64,000 nt of DNA from a bacterium (GTDB taxonomy: Bacteria > UBA8248): assembly GCA_963692865.2 (NCBI GenBank), contig OY843592.1, forward strand, positions 2,720,001 through 2,784,000, in the 5' to 3' direction. Shown piece after piece: positions 19,227 through 28,841 of this stretch; within the stretch, counting starts at the first letter, position 1; each line of letters opens with the position of its first letter. The translations under genes and the position numbers were made by a program. The notes beneath the pieces are model-generated. The model was not told the origin of the DNA. It worked only from the letters and a program-made list of their open reading frames with translations, and searched no databases.

Positions 19227-19994
19227 ATGGGCAAGACGAGTTTTGATTTTTCCGGACAGGTCGCCGTCGTTACGGGCGGGTCGCGCGGCATCGGCAAGGG
19301 ATCGGCTGAGCGGTTCGCCGAGGCCGGCGCCAAGACCTATCTCATAGACATCGACGTCGAACTCGGAGAAGCAGCCGCCGCCGGCATCCGCGAGAACGGG
19401 GGGGACGCCGCCTTCATCGACTGCGACCTCACGGACTCGGTGGCCGTGAAACAGATGATAGATCGCATCGTGAGCGAGGCGGGCGCCATCGACATTTTCG
19501 TCAACTCCGCGGGCGGCTTTCACCAGCAGCTTTCGACGGGCGATACGTCGGAAGACGAATGGGACGCCGTGGTGGACAGGAACCTCAAGAGCGTATTTCT
19601 GACTTCAAAATACCTCACGCCCGTTTTCGAGCGGCAAAAGGGCGGCTGCGTGATCAACCTGGGCTCCATGTCGGGCATCACCACGCTCCAGCCCTCATCC
19701 CCGCCCTATGCGGCGGCCAAGGCGGGCGTTCACGCCCTGACCCGGGTGCTCGCCTACGACCTGGGGAAATACAACGTGCGCGTGAACGCCATCGCGCCCG
19801 GAACCACGGCGACCGAGCGCGTCATCGCGGTGCGCTCGGAAGAACAGCGCGAGATGATCGGCAAGGGCACGCTTCTCGGCCGCATCGCCGACGTGGAGGA
19901 CATGGTGGGCTGGGTGCTCATGCTGGCCTCGCCCGAGTCCGCCTACCTCACGGGCCAGACCATCGCCGTGAACGCGGGGCGCTACATGTCGTAG
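19227..19994 (+). CDS. SDR-family oxidoreductase (FabG-like)
   Basis: TGGSRGIG, NSAG and catalytic YAAAK. Confidence 0.9.
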   Translation: MGKTSFDFSGQVAVVTGGSRGIGKGSAERFAEAGAKTYLIDIDVELGEAAAAGIRENGGDAAFIDCDLTDSVAVKQMIDRIVSEAGAIDIFVNSAGGFHQQLSTGDTSEDEWDAVVDRNLKSVFLTSKYLTPVFERQKGGCVINLGSMSGITTLQPSSPPYAAAKAGVHALTRVLAYDLGKYNVRVNAIAPGTTATERVIAVRSEEQREMIGKGTLLGRIADVEDMVGWVLMLASPESAYLTGQTIAVNAGRYMS

Positions 19995-20040
19995 ATGGAT
20001 AATCAGTTTTCACAAATTTGCAGCTATTTTGAGGAATTAG

Positions 20041-20664
20041 ATGAGCGAATACCTGGAATTCGACCCCGACGAGATAGAAAGGCGCGAGATTTACCGCCTG
20101 CTCACCGGCTCCATCGTCCCCCGCCCCATCGGCTGGGCGTCGTCCATCAGCAAGGAGGGGATCCACAACATCGCGCCCTTCAGCTTCTTCACCTGCGTGT
20201 GCGTGGCGCCGCCGATGATATCGCTCACCGTGGCGAGAAACCCCGACGGCACCAAGAAGCATACCCTCATCAACGCGCAGGAAACCGGGGAATTCTGCTT
20301 CAACGTCGTCACCCACCGCCATTGGGAACAGATGGTGGACACGGCGAACGGCATCCCGGCGGAAGAAAGCGAATTCGACGCCACAGGCCTCGAGCCGATA
20401 CCCGCAAAGAAGGTGAAGGCCCCGCGCATCAAGGACGCGCCCATTCACTTCGAGTGCAAGACCCACGACGTGTTCGAACTGGGACCGAACAAGCATCCGC
20501 TCCTGATCGGAGAAGTCGTCTATTTCCACGTCAACCCCGGCGTCATGACGGGGAAATACATCGACATGCAGAAACTAGGGCCCATCGGCCGCCTGAACGG
20601 CTTCTGGCAATGCACGCTCGGTGATTTCCTGGAAAGAAGTTTCGAGGACGGGCAACCGAGGTAG
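20041..20664 (+). CDS. Flavin reductase family protein
   Basis: IVPRPIGWAS, NIAPFSFF, KHTLIN and FECK motifs. Confidence 0.88.
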   Translation: MSEYLEFDPDEIERREIYRLLTGSIVPRPIGWASSISKEGIHNIAPFSFFTCVCVAPPMISLTVARNPDGTKKHTLINAQETGEFCFNVVTHRHWEQMVDTANGIPAEESEFDATGLEPIPAKKVKAPRIKDAPIHFECKTHDVFELGPNKHPLLIGEVVYFHVNPGVMTGKYIDMQKLGPIGRLNGFWQCTLGDFLERSFEDGQPR

Positions 20665-20734
20665 GATGAGAGTGATCGAAAAGAACCGAGAATTTACTTG
20701 ATATATAACATATAAATAACTGTTAAATTATATC

Positions 20735-20941
20735 TTACTCTACATCAAATCCAGCGTCTTCAACGGCGGCGCGCAAGGAGTCGAGGTTCGTCGCCCCCTC
20801 ATCGAAAACCACCGTCGCCCTGCCTCTTTCCAGATCGACGGCGGCCTCGGCCACGCCTTCCACGCCGCTCAACGCCTCTTGCACTGCGGATTGGCACATC
20901 CCGCAACTCATTCCGCCTACGACTATCTCCACTTTCGCCAT
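20735..20941 (-). CDS. copZ: Copper chaperone (HMA domain)
   Basis: GMSCGMC motif, 68 aa, directly downstream of copA. Confidence 0.88.
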   Translation of the reverse strand: MAKVEIVVGGMSCGMCQSAVQEALSGVEGVAEAAVDLERGRATVVFDEGATNLDSLRAAVEDAGFDVE

Positions 20942-20996
20942 TTCAATCTCTCCACAAGAAATCGAGTCGATTGATCTATAAGCCCGAATCCGGAAT

Positions 20997-23408
20997 CTAG
21001 CCCGCATTCCTAGAATGACCGGGCTTCCAGTTTCTGAGCAGCAAGGTGTTCGACACGACGGATACGGAACTGAACGCCATGGCCGCCCCCGCGACGATGG
21101 GGCTCAAGAACCCGAACGCCGCCAGGGGGATGCCGAGGACGTTGTAGAAAAACGCCCAGAAGAGATTCTGGCGGATCTTCCGCATAACGGTCTTCGAGAG
21201 GTGAATTCCCGCCACGACGCCCGTCAGATCGCCCCGCATCAGCGTGATGTCCGACGCCTCCATCGCGATGTCCGTGCCCGTGCCGACCGCGAAGCCTACG
21301 TCCGCGGCGGCCAGCGCCGGAGCGTCGTTGATGCCGTCGCCCACCATACCCACCTTCTTACCTTCCCTCTTGAGCCGCTGCACCATCGCCGCCTTTTCAT
21401 CCGGCATCACCTCCGCCATCACGTGAGAGATGCCCGCTTGCGACGCCACCGCCTGCGCCGTGCGCTCGTTGTCGCCCGTCATCATGTACACCTCGATTCC
21501 CATATTTCGGAGCGATTCGACGGCTTCGGCCGAATTCTCCCTCAAGCTGTCGGCGACGCCGATGACGCCCAGCAGGCGCTCCTCGTCGGCGATGAGGACC
21601 GCGGTTTTCCCCTCCGATTCGAGCCGACGAATCTCATCAATACGCCCAGATGCCGCCAGGCCGCGCTCCGCCATGAACTTCTCGTTGCCCAGATATATTT
21701 TCCGCCCCCCCACATTCGCTTCCAGGCCATGCCCCGGAAAGGCGCGGAAATCGCGCATATCGAACAATTCCGCGCCGCGCGCGTTCGCCTCATCCACAAT
21801 CGCCTTCCCCAGAGGATGTTCCGAGCCTCGCTCCGCACTCGCCGCGAGCCGGAGCAACTCCTCTTCGGTGAATCCGCTCAGCGATAGTATGTCGGTCACG
21901 GCGGGCGTCCCCTTCGTCAGCGTGCCCGTCTTGTCCAGGATGACCGCGTCCAGCCTGTGGGCCGTCTCCAGGGACTCGCCTCCCTTAATGAGAATCCCGG
22001 CTTCGGCCCCTTTCCCGGTGCCCACCATGATGGCCGTAGGCGTCGCTAATCCCAAGGCGCACGGACAGGCGATGACCAAAACGGCGACGGCGTTGATGAG
22101 CGCGGGCGTGAACGGCCCCACAGCTTCCCAGAGAACGTACGTGAGGAGCGCGATTCCCAGAACGATGGGCACGAATATGCCCGAAACCCTATCCGCAGTG
22201 CGCTGAATCGGCGCCTTGGAGCTTTGCGCCTGCTCCACCATGCGGATGATCTGAGCCAGTACTGTTTCCTTTCCCACCCTCAAAGCCCGGAACTTCACCG
22301 CCCCGTCGATGTTGATCGTGGCCCCGGTAACGGCGTCGTCCACGCCTTTCGCCACGGGAACGCTCTCGCCCGTCAGCATGGATTCATCCACGGAAGTGGC
22401 GCCCTCGAGGATAATCCCGTCTACGGGATATTTTTCGCCGGGGCGCATCATTACGACGTCGTCTACGCGGACCTCGCCCACGGGAACCTCGCGTTCTTCC
22501 CCGCCGCGGAGCACGCGCGCCGTCTTCGCCTGAAGGCCCATGAGCTTCTTGATGGCTTCCGAGGTTCTGCCCATGGCGCGCTCTTCGAGCACCTTTCCGA
22601 ACACGATGAGCGTGATCAGGACAGCGGACGCCTCGAAATACACGTGATGTCCGCTCAGACCCCACAGCGTCACCACGCTGCTGTGCAGCCAGGCAGCGCT
22701 CGTTCCCAGGGCGACGAGAACGTCCATGTTCGCGCCGCCGCCCATGAGCGAATGATACGCGCCCCGATAAAACCGCCGGCCCACGATGAACTGCACGGGC
22801 GTGGCGAGCGCGAATTGCCACCATCTGGGCAACTCCCAGCCCCCCGCGCCCGGAATCATCCCCGCCATCTGTATGAGAAGAGGCGCGGATAAAACCGCGG
22901 AGAACACGAGCAGACGCACGCTTCTCCTGAACTCGCGCTCTCGTTTGATTTTTTCCGCGTCCTGATCTTCATCCAACACGGGACGCGCCGAATACCCCGC
23001 CCCGGCCACATAATCGACAATCTCATCGGCGCCGGCGAGAGCCGGCTGGAACTCGACACGGCCACGGGCCGCAGAGAAATCCACGTCGGCGGACACGACG
23101 CCGTCCAGTCCGCTCAACTGCTCCTCCAGGCCTGCGGCGTCCGCCGCGTCTTCCATTCCCTCTATCGTGAGCTCGACGTGAGCATGCGGAACGTGAAACC
23201 CGGTTTTTTCCACCCTTTTGGTAATGTCTGCGGGCGTCACCAGGGCGGGAACGAACTCCACTTGCGCGCGCGCGAGGGTCAGGTTCACGTTCGCGCGCAA
23301 CACGCCCTCCAGCGCGCCGAGTCGTTTTTCCAATCTCGCGGAACACGCCGCGCACGACATGCCCTCGACCGGAATCTCCAGCGTTTCGGGTATCGAGTTT
23401 ATGGACAT
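20997..23408 (-). CDS. copA: Cu(I)-transporting P1B-type ATPase
   Basis: N-terminal GMSCAAC HMA plus a second degenerate HMA; CPC, DKTGT, SEHP, GDGIND, YN and MAFSS motifs. Confidence 0.95.
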   Translation of the reverse strand: MSINSIPETLEIPVEGMSCAACSARLEKRLGALEGVLRANVNLTLARAQVEFVPALVTPADITKRVEKTGFHVPHAHVELTIEGMEDAADAAGLEEQLSGLDGVVSADVDFSAARGRVEFQPALAGADEIVDYVAGAGYSARPVLDEDQDAEKIKREREFRRSVRLLVFSAVLSAPLLIQMAGMIPGAGGWELPRWWQFALATPVQFIVGRRFYRGAYHSLMGGGANMDVLVALGTSAAWLHSSVVTLWGLSGHHVYFEASAVLITLIVFGKVLEERAMGRTSEAIKKLMGLQAKTARVLRGGEEREVPVGEVRVDDVVMMRPGEKYPVDGIILEGATSVDESMLTGESVPVAKGVDDAVTGATINIDGAVKFRALRVGKETVLAQIIRMVEQAQSSKAPIQRTADRVSGIFVPIVLGIALLTYVLWEAVGPFTPALINAVAVLVIACPCALGLATPTAIMVGTGKGAEAGILIKGGESLETAHRLDAVILDKTGTLTKGTPAVTDILSLSGFTEEELLRLAASAERGSEHPLGKAIVDEANARGAELFDMRDFRAFPGHGLEANVGGRKIYLGNEKFMAERGLAASGRIDEIRRLESEGKTAVLIADEERLLGVIGVADSLRENSAEAVESLRNMGIEVYMMTGDNERTAQAVASQAGISHVMAEVMPDEKAAMVQRLKREGKKVGMVGDGINDAPALAAADVGFAVGTGTDIAMEASDITLMRGDLTGVVAGIHLSKTVMRKIRQNLFWAFFYNVLGIPLAAFGFLSPIVAGAAMAFSSVSVVSNTLLLRNWKPGHSRNAG

Positions 23409-23417
23409 GTCATACCC

Positions 23418-24566
23418 CTAGCCCAGGGCCTGAAGTTTTACGCTCACGCTCATCCGGTTCCCGCCGCGCGTCAGGTGCACCTCCACGACCTCGCCCACCT
23501 TGTGCGCATCGAGCGCGTCCAGCAAATCATCGAGTGAGGAAACGGATTTTTCCCCCACGCCGACAATCACGTCGCCGAGCACGAGGCGGCCTCCCCGGTT
23601 CCTTCCCGTGCCGCGCAGCCCCGCTCCTTCGGCCGCGCTGCCCTTCTGCACGCGAATGATCAGCACGCCCCGTATGCCGAAACGCTCCGCCGTTCCCCTG
23701 TCGGCCACATGGATGCCGAGGCCGGGCCGGATGACGCGGCCGTGGCGAATCAACTGAGGCACCACCCTGTTGACGGTATCCACGGGAACCGCGAAGCCTA
23801 TCCCCGCACTGGAGCCGGAGGGGCTGAAAATGGCGGTGTTGACGCCGATGAGGCGTCCTGCGCTGTCAAGCAGCGGCCCCCCGGAATTGCCCGGATTGAT
23901 CGCGGCGTCGGTCTGGATGACGCCGCTTATCTTGCGGCCCGACACGCCGTCTATCTCGCGTCCCAGGGCGCTGATGATCCCCGTCGTGAGCGTCTGATCC
24001 AGCCCGAAGGGATTGCCGATGGCGAATACCCGCTGGCCCACCTGCAGGTTGGCGGACTGACCGATGGAGATCGGCTTCAGGCGGTTTCTCGGCGCGTTGA
24101 TGAACAAAACCGCCAAATCCTGATCCGGCGACACCCCCACCACGCGCGCGTCCCACTCGGAGTGGTCCGCCAGGGTGACGCGCAAGGCGCTCGCCCCCTG
24201 GATGACGTGAAAGTTCGTGATGACGTGACCCTGATCGTTCCAGACGAAGCCCGAGCCCGTGCCTTGCGGGATTTCGAACAAATTGAGGCTGAACCTGTCG
24301 CGCCTCATCGCCAGCCTCGTGATGTAGACTACAGACGGCGAGGAGAGGCGGAAAAGCTCTATGTTGGATTTCTCCTCGGCGGCGAGGTCCCCTCGCGGGG
24401 TGACGACGCGGGGCACGGCGTCGGGGTCGTGAAGGGCGTCGAAATAACCCCTTGCGAACAGCCATGCGAGAGCGACGCCCAGCAAGAAAACACACCAGAC
24501 GATCCACCGCCATCCGCTGGAATAGGCGGGACCTCCGCGCCTGAACTCACGATCTCCCCCGTTCAT
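23418..24566 (-). CDS. HtrA/DegP-family serine protease with PDZ domain
   Basis: GTGSGF, TNFHV, DLAV and GNSGGP; N-terminal TM helix; ATGA overlap with the tetR stop. Confidence 0.92.
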   Translation of the reverse strand: MNGGDREFRRGGPAYSSGWRWIVWCVFLLGVALAWLFARGYFDALHDPDAVPRVVTPRGDLAAEEKSNIELFRLSSPSVVYITRLAMRRDRFSLNLFEIPQGTGSGFVWNDQGHVITNFHVIQGASALRVTLADHSEWDARVVGVSPDQDLAVLFINAPRNRLKPISIGQSANLQVGQRVFAIGNPFGLDQTLTTGIISALGREIDGVSGRKISGVIQTDAAINPGNSGGPLLDSAGRLIGVNTAIFSPSGSSAGIGFAVPVDTVNRVVPQLIRHGRVIRPGLGIHVADRGTAERFGIRGVLIIRVQKGSAAEGAGLRGTGRNRGGRLVLGDVIVGVGEKSVSSLDDLLDALDAHKVGEVVEVHLTRGGNRMSVSVKLQALG

Positions 24567-25195
24567 TTCGACTCCTCTTTCCGCGTCCAAGGCAGGCTCA
24601 TGAAAGCACGCTCACAATCTTCGCGCAAAGACGGCTCATCTCGCGAACACCTCGCGATGATATGCGCGCCCTGGATCTGCGAGAAAAAAGAGCGCGCCTG
24701 CGCGAGCGGATCAAGCTCACTCGGAAGTTCACCCTCCTCCTTGGATTGCGCCAATACGAGAGCGATTCGCTCGAAAACCCCGTCCCAGACTTCATTGAGC
24801 CGCACGCGCATCTCCTCGTCCAGGGCGCTAAGCTCCAATGAGAGGTTCCCGATGGGGCACCCGCAGCACGGGGAATCCTGAATCGGCATACGGGCGTAGG
24901 ATTCCGCCAGTCTTCTCAGCTTCTCACGCCCCCTCGCCTCGATATCAAACGAGGGGGAAAGGTAGTTCTGGTGCAGAAGGGATTCATAATGATCGATGAC
25001 GGATAGCCCCAGGTTCTTCTTGGAGCGAAAAAAATAATACAGACTCCCCCGGTTCACCCGGGCGGCCTGCGCGACCATATCCAACGATGTGGCGTGAAAC
25101 CCTTTGTGATAGACGAGCCGCGCGGCCGCTTCGATGATTTTGCGTTTCGTCGCGGACGCCTTGGGGCCTTTGGGCGCCGCCGTTGCTGCTTTCAT
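24563..25195 (-). CDS. TetR/AcrR-family regulator (NemR/ComR-like, CCGCP motif)
   Basis: HTH GFHATSLDMVA...GSLYYFFRSK; C-terminal GCPIGNL. Confidence 0.9.
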   Translation of the reverse strand: MKAATAAPKGPKASATKRKIIEAAARLVYHKGFHATSLDMVAQAARVNRGSLYYFFRSKKNLGLSVIDHYESLLHQNYLSPSFDIEARGREKLRRLAESYARMPIQDSPCCGCPIGNLSLELSALDEEMRVRLNEVWDGVFERIALVLAQSKEEGELPSELDPLAQARSFFSQIQGAHIIARCSRDEPSLREDCERAFMSLPWTRKEESK

Positions 25196-25274
25196 GCGCT
25201 CACGCTCCGATGAGTTGAAAATTCACCTGATAGCAGAAATGCCCGCAAATCAGTCGCAAAGCCATTCTCAGGGT

Positions 25275-25308
25275 AATATAAGTTTTTTTAGTTAGTCAGT
25301 CAACTAAA
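25275..25308 (-). promoter_or_regulatory. Sigma70-type promoter overlapped by a palindromic operator
   Basis: Minus strand TTGACT (25303-25298), 17 bp, TATATT (25280-25275); inverted repeat TTTAGTT-N8-AACTAAA at 25287-25308. Confidence 0.65.
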
Positions 25309-25345
25309 TTTTGGGCCGCCCATGAGAACCCATCCTGAAAATCCG

Positions 25346-26284
25346 TTACGCCGAGAGTTCCCTTAAGTGCGCGACGACGGAGCGCTCCAATGCGTCGAGG
25401 TTGTACCCGCCCTCGAGCAGGCAGACGAGACGCCCCTCGCGAAGGCTTTCGGAAAGCGCCTTCACGCACCCGGTCAGGCGGGCGAACCCGGCTTCGGTGA
25501 TCATCAGCCCCCCGAGCGGGTCGTCCCGGTGCGCGTCGAATCCCGCCGATACGACGATAGCCTCCGGCCCGTGCGCCTTAATGGCCGGGATGACGCTCTG
25601 CTCAAATCTCAAGAGGTATTCCTCTTCGGGCGTTCCCGCCGCGACGGGAATGTTGAGCGTCTTGCCCTCCCCGGCGCCTTCTCCCGTTTCGTTCGCAAGG
25701 CCCGTTCCCGGGTAGTGGGGATGCTGATGCAAGGAGACGAAAAAAACGTCCGGGTCGCGCCAGAAGATATCCTGCGTGCCGTTTCCGTGGTGTACGTCCC
25801 AATCCACGACGGCGATTTTTTGGAGGCGGTGTCTTTCCTGTAGATACCGGACCAGGATGGAGGCCGTAGCAAAGAGGCAGAAACCCATGGATTGATGAGG
25901 CAAGGCGTGGTGGCCCGGCGGCCTGGCGGCGCAAAAGGCGTTATCGGCCTCTCCCCCCACGACGGCGTCCGCCGCGCTCAGGGCCGCATCCACGGAGGCC
26001 AAGGCGGCCTCATAGCTTCCGGGGCCGGCCGGCGTGTCTCCGCCGTCCAGAATGCACCTGCCCCCCGCGCACGCCTCTCGCACGAAGCGGTGGTGTGATT
26101 CCTCGTGCACCTTCAAGACCCACTCCTCAGCGTCGTGAGGCTTAATCTCCATGTGTTCGAGTGAGGGAACTTGCGGGAGAATTCTCTCAGGAGCGAGACG
26201 TCTGGCGCGCTCGACGTTTTCCACATGCCGGCCGTTGTCGTGCAGGAGCGATTCGGGCGTCCAGAAGTACGCGGTCCGGCTCAA
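25346..26284 (-). CDS. Histone deacetylase family amidohydrolase
   Basis: RPPGHHA, GFC, DWDVHHGNGTQ, SAGFDAH and LEGGY motifs. Confidence 0.93.
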   Translation of the reverse strand: MSRTAYFWTPESLLHDNGRHVENVERARRLAPERILPQVPSLEHMEIKPHDAEEWVLKVHEESHHRFVREACAGGRCILDGGDTPAGPGSYEAALASVDAALSAADAVVGGEADNAFCAARPPGHHALPHQSMGFCLFATASILVRYLQERHRLQKIAVVDWDVHHGNGTQDIFWRDPDVFFVSLHQHPHYPGTGLANETGEGAGEGKTLNIPVAAGTPEEEYLLRFEQSVIPAIKAHGPEAIVVSAGFDAHRDDPLGGLMITEAGFARLTGCVKALSESLREGRLVCLLEGGYNLDALERSVVAHLRELSA

Positions 26285-26605
26285 TGGAGTCTCACCCTTG
26301 GATCGAGAACGGAATACATCAAGTCAACAACCAGGCTCAAAGACACGAAAATCCGGGCGGTGATGGTCACCGAGGCCCGCACCAAGAGAAAATCCTTGGC
26401 GTAGAAGGCCTGAATCAAGAGCCTCCCCACGCCCGGCCAATAGAGAAAAGACCATCAACAGGACGAGAAAAGCGCCGCCGAACATGGCCGGTTCGGCGCG
26501 CATCATGCTTCGGCGGAATTTCATCCGCCCGAGCTTCGATTCCGGCATCATCGGGTATTCATCCGCATCAAAAGCCGTTTCGGGCATTTCCGTTTGTTCC
26601 GGCAT
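26281..26605 (-). pseudogene. Remnant of Dpp/Opp ABC permease genes
   Basis: Frame ending at 26281 reads WPGVGRLLIQAFYAKDFLLV...LVVDLMYSVLDPRVRLH* (DppB C-terminus); it is joined out of frame to a DppC-like N-terminus. Confidence 0.6.
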
Positions 26606-27254
26606 TCATGAACGCTCGCGCCTCGGCGGCATATTTTGAGGGCTGAGACGCGCGTATCCTAGCATAGCGCGGGGCGTGCTGTAGAAGCAGCCGGAGCGAG
26701 ACCGCCATTTCCCGAAACGCGGAATCATCGCTCGATATCGGCTGAGCCATCGAATCAGAACCGCCTGTTTCTGATTTTGGAACCCGCTGCGCATCGCCGG
26801 GCGATGCCCAACAAATGAAGGTGTTTTTGTCCCGCCGGCCGAGAGCCGATTTCAACGACGTGCCGATCTCCGCCGTTCCGCAAGGTTCGACGATCGGCCT
26901 CCAGGGTCTGCGCGCGGTCGATTCGATCACCGTGGAAAACATCGTCCCCCTCGATTTCCTCATCGCTTGCGACTACGGGCTCGACGGGTCCGAACGGGTC
27001 AAGCGCCTGTAATAAAGGCTTCATCCGGCGAGGTTACCGCCCGAGCGACGCTCAGTACCAGGGTGAAATCCCGGGCGCTTGCTCCCCCCCGGCGAAAGGC
27101 ATCATAGTAGAGCCGAGGGACGCGTTTTGTAAGCCGGAGGGCGGTTCGTCCATATCTGAAGGGGAGGCGGAACAGTTATCCCCGTATGCCCGGGAAATAA
27201 TAAAAACTTTCACGCGCCGCCCCGCGCTTTCTCCCGCTTAGGACATCGTGGAAA

Positions 27255-28424
27255 TTGAAAACAGACTTTTTCGCATCCACCGCACGAGGATTGTTCCTGT
27301 CGCCGGAAAGCCCGTATGCGTTTCAGGCGGATATCACGCCCGACCCCAGGCCCGTTCCCTCCAACGGGATCGCCCTGGGTGAAGTCGTCGACGTCCCCGA
27401 GGATCCTCCCGTTGCTTGCATCGAGACGCTGGAAGCCCTCCAGGGGATCCAAAGCGCCTGGAAGACGAGCGAAACGAAGTTGCGCGAAAAAATGAACGTG
27501 CTCGTAACGATCGGCGGGCGCCATGCGAATCGCAGCGTTTCGGGGCGCGAGCCGGACTCTCCCCCGGAGCCCGGGGCCGTACTCGACCTGCTGAACGTCG
27601 GCGGCGTTTGCGGGGTTTGCGTGAAGCCCGAGACGCCGTGCGTGAAGATAGAGGTGCGGGGGAGCGTCCCGGTACGAGATGAACCCGCCCTCCTTTCCCG
27701 TCTTCCCACCATTCCCGACACCCGGTGCCCCGTCGATGAAGAGGGAATTCCCCGCGCGCCCATCGTCCTGATAGTCGGCTCCGGGGCGGACGTGGGCAAA
27801 ACGACCTGCGCGTCTTCTCTCGCCTCCGCCCTGCACTCCTCGGGCATCCACGCCTCATACGTGAAATTGACCGGAACGGGACACATGCGGGATCTCATGC
27901 AGGTGAACTACGGAAGACCGCTCGGGTTCTTCGACTCCGCGAGGCTCGGCTGGGACTTCGTCGATGCGGGCCTCGCCTCCACGTGCGGCGTCTCGGGAAG
28001 CAAAGTCAGGCGATGCGCCCGCAATCTGCTTCGCCACGCCTGCGCGAAGGCGGAGGTCGTCATCGCGGAACTGGCGGATTCACCCTCCTCGGACGCCAGC
28101 CTCCACGTGGCGAGCGACCTCTGGGTCAAGAACTGGCTCTCGCGCCGAGGGCTGATCATCTGCGCATGCGATACGCTGGAATCAACGCTCATCGTCCACT
28201 GGATCCGAAGCCACCTGGACGTGGAGGAGGAAAACATGCTCATTTCCGGAAAGCTCGCCAACGAAGCGCACGCGCGCGAGGAGGCGCACCGCATGACGGG
28301 GATACGGGCCCTCGGTTGCACCGCTCCGAATCCCTCCTCCCTCGCAGGCGAGAAGGCCGTGGGCGGCGCCATTGCGGACTGGGTGGTCAAACACTTCATG
28401 CGCCAGCGCAAGTCGGTGTTTTAG
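27255..28424 (+). CDS. P-loop NTPase, DUF1611-like
   Basis: GSGADVGKTT Walker A, VKLTGTG and DFVDAGLAST. Confidence 0.65.
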   Translation: MKTDFFASTARGLFLSPESPYAFQADITPDPRPVPSNGIALGEVVDVPEDPPVACIETLEALQGIQSAWKTSETKLREKMNVLVTIGGRHANRSVSGREPDSPPEPGAVLDLLNVGGVCGVCVKPETPCVKIEVRGSVPVRDEPALLSRLPTIPDTRCPVDEEGIPRAPIVLIVGSGADVGKTTCASSLASALHSSGIHASYVKLTGTGHMRDLMQVNYGRPLGFFDSARLGWDFVDAGLASTCGVSGSKVRRCARNLLRHACAKAEVVIAELADSPSSDASLHVASDLWVKNWLSRRGLIICACDTLESTLIVHWIRSHLDVEEENMLISGKLANEAHAREEAHRMTGIRALGCTAPNPSSLAGEKAVGGAIADWVVKHFMRQRKSVF

Positions 28425-28565
28425 TCATCGAGAGCGAAACACCAGCTTCACGCAAAACATCAGACCATCCCCTGATCGAGTGAGAACCTTGTCTCTACCT
28501 CGCCCGCATCGCCAGGGGCCGGAACGAACAGCCTGAGGACAAGGCGGGCGCGGGGGGTGAACGCG

Positions 28566-28646
28566 GGCGTGTTGAAAAACTCTCGCCGCGGGGCGTCGCT
28601 TTTACCCCCCAGACAACGGGGGACAGGGAGGCTTTTTCAACAGCCT
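28566..28646. mobile_element. Minimal MITE-like element
   Basis: GGCGTGTTGAAAAA...TTTTTCAACAGCCT inverted ends flanked by CGCG on both sides. Confidence 0.55.
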
Positions 28647-28744
28647 CGCGCCCGACGCCTTCTGTATGAACCACCTCGTGTTTTCAGCGCATTCTCCCCA
28701 TCTTCGGGTGGGTTCACGCTGAATCAAAACTATCCGCTCTGCGG

Positions 28745-28773
28745 TTGACGCCCGCCCTGCCCCTACCTATAAT
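28745..28773 (+). promoter_or_regulatory. Sigma70 promoter of the multiheme cytochrome gene
   Basis: TTGACG, 17 bp, TATAAT. Confidence 0.7.
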
Positions 28774-28841
28774 CAGCCGGATTTTAGCCGAGAAACCCGG
28801 AATTTCCGCTCAGAACGCCGGTGGGGGAGCGTTTTTTCAAG

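Noticed and set aside
27020-27200. Possible riboswitch or ncRNA (CAGGGTGAAATCCC hairpin resembling part of FMN riboswitch or group II intron motifs)
   Set aside because: Other conserved segments are not visible; an Rfam cmscan would be needed to decide.
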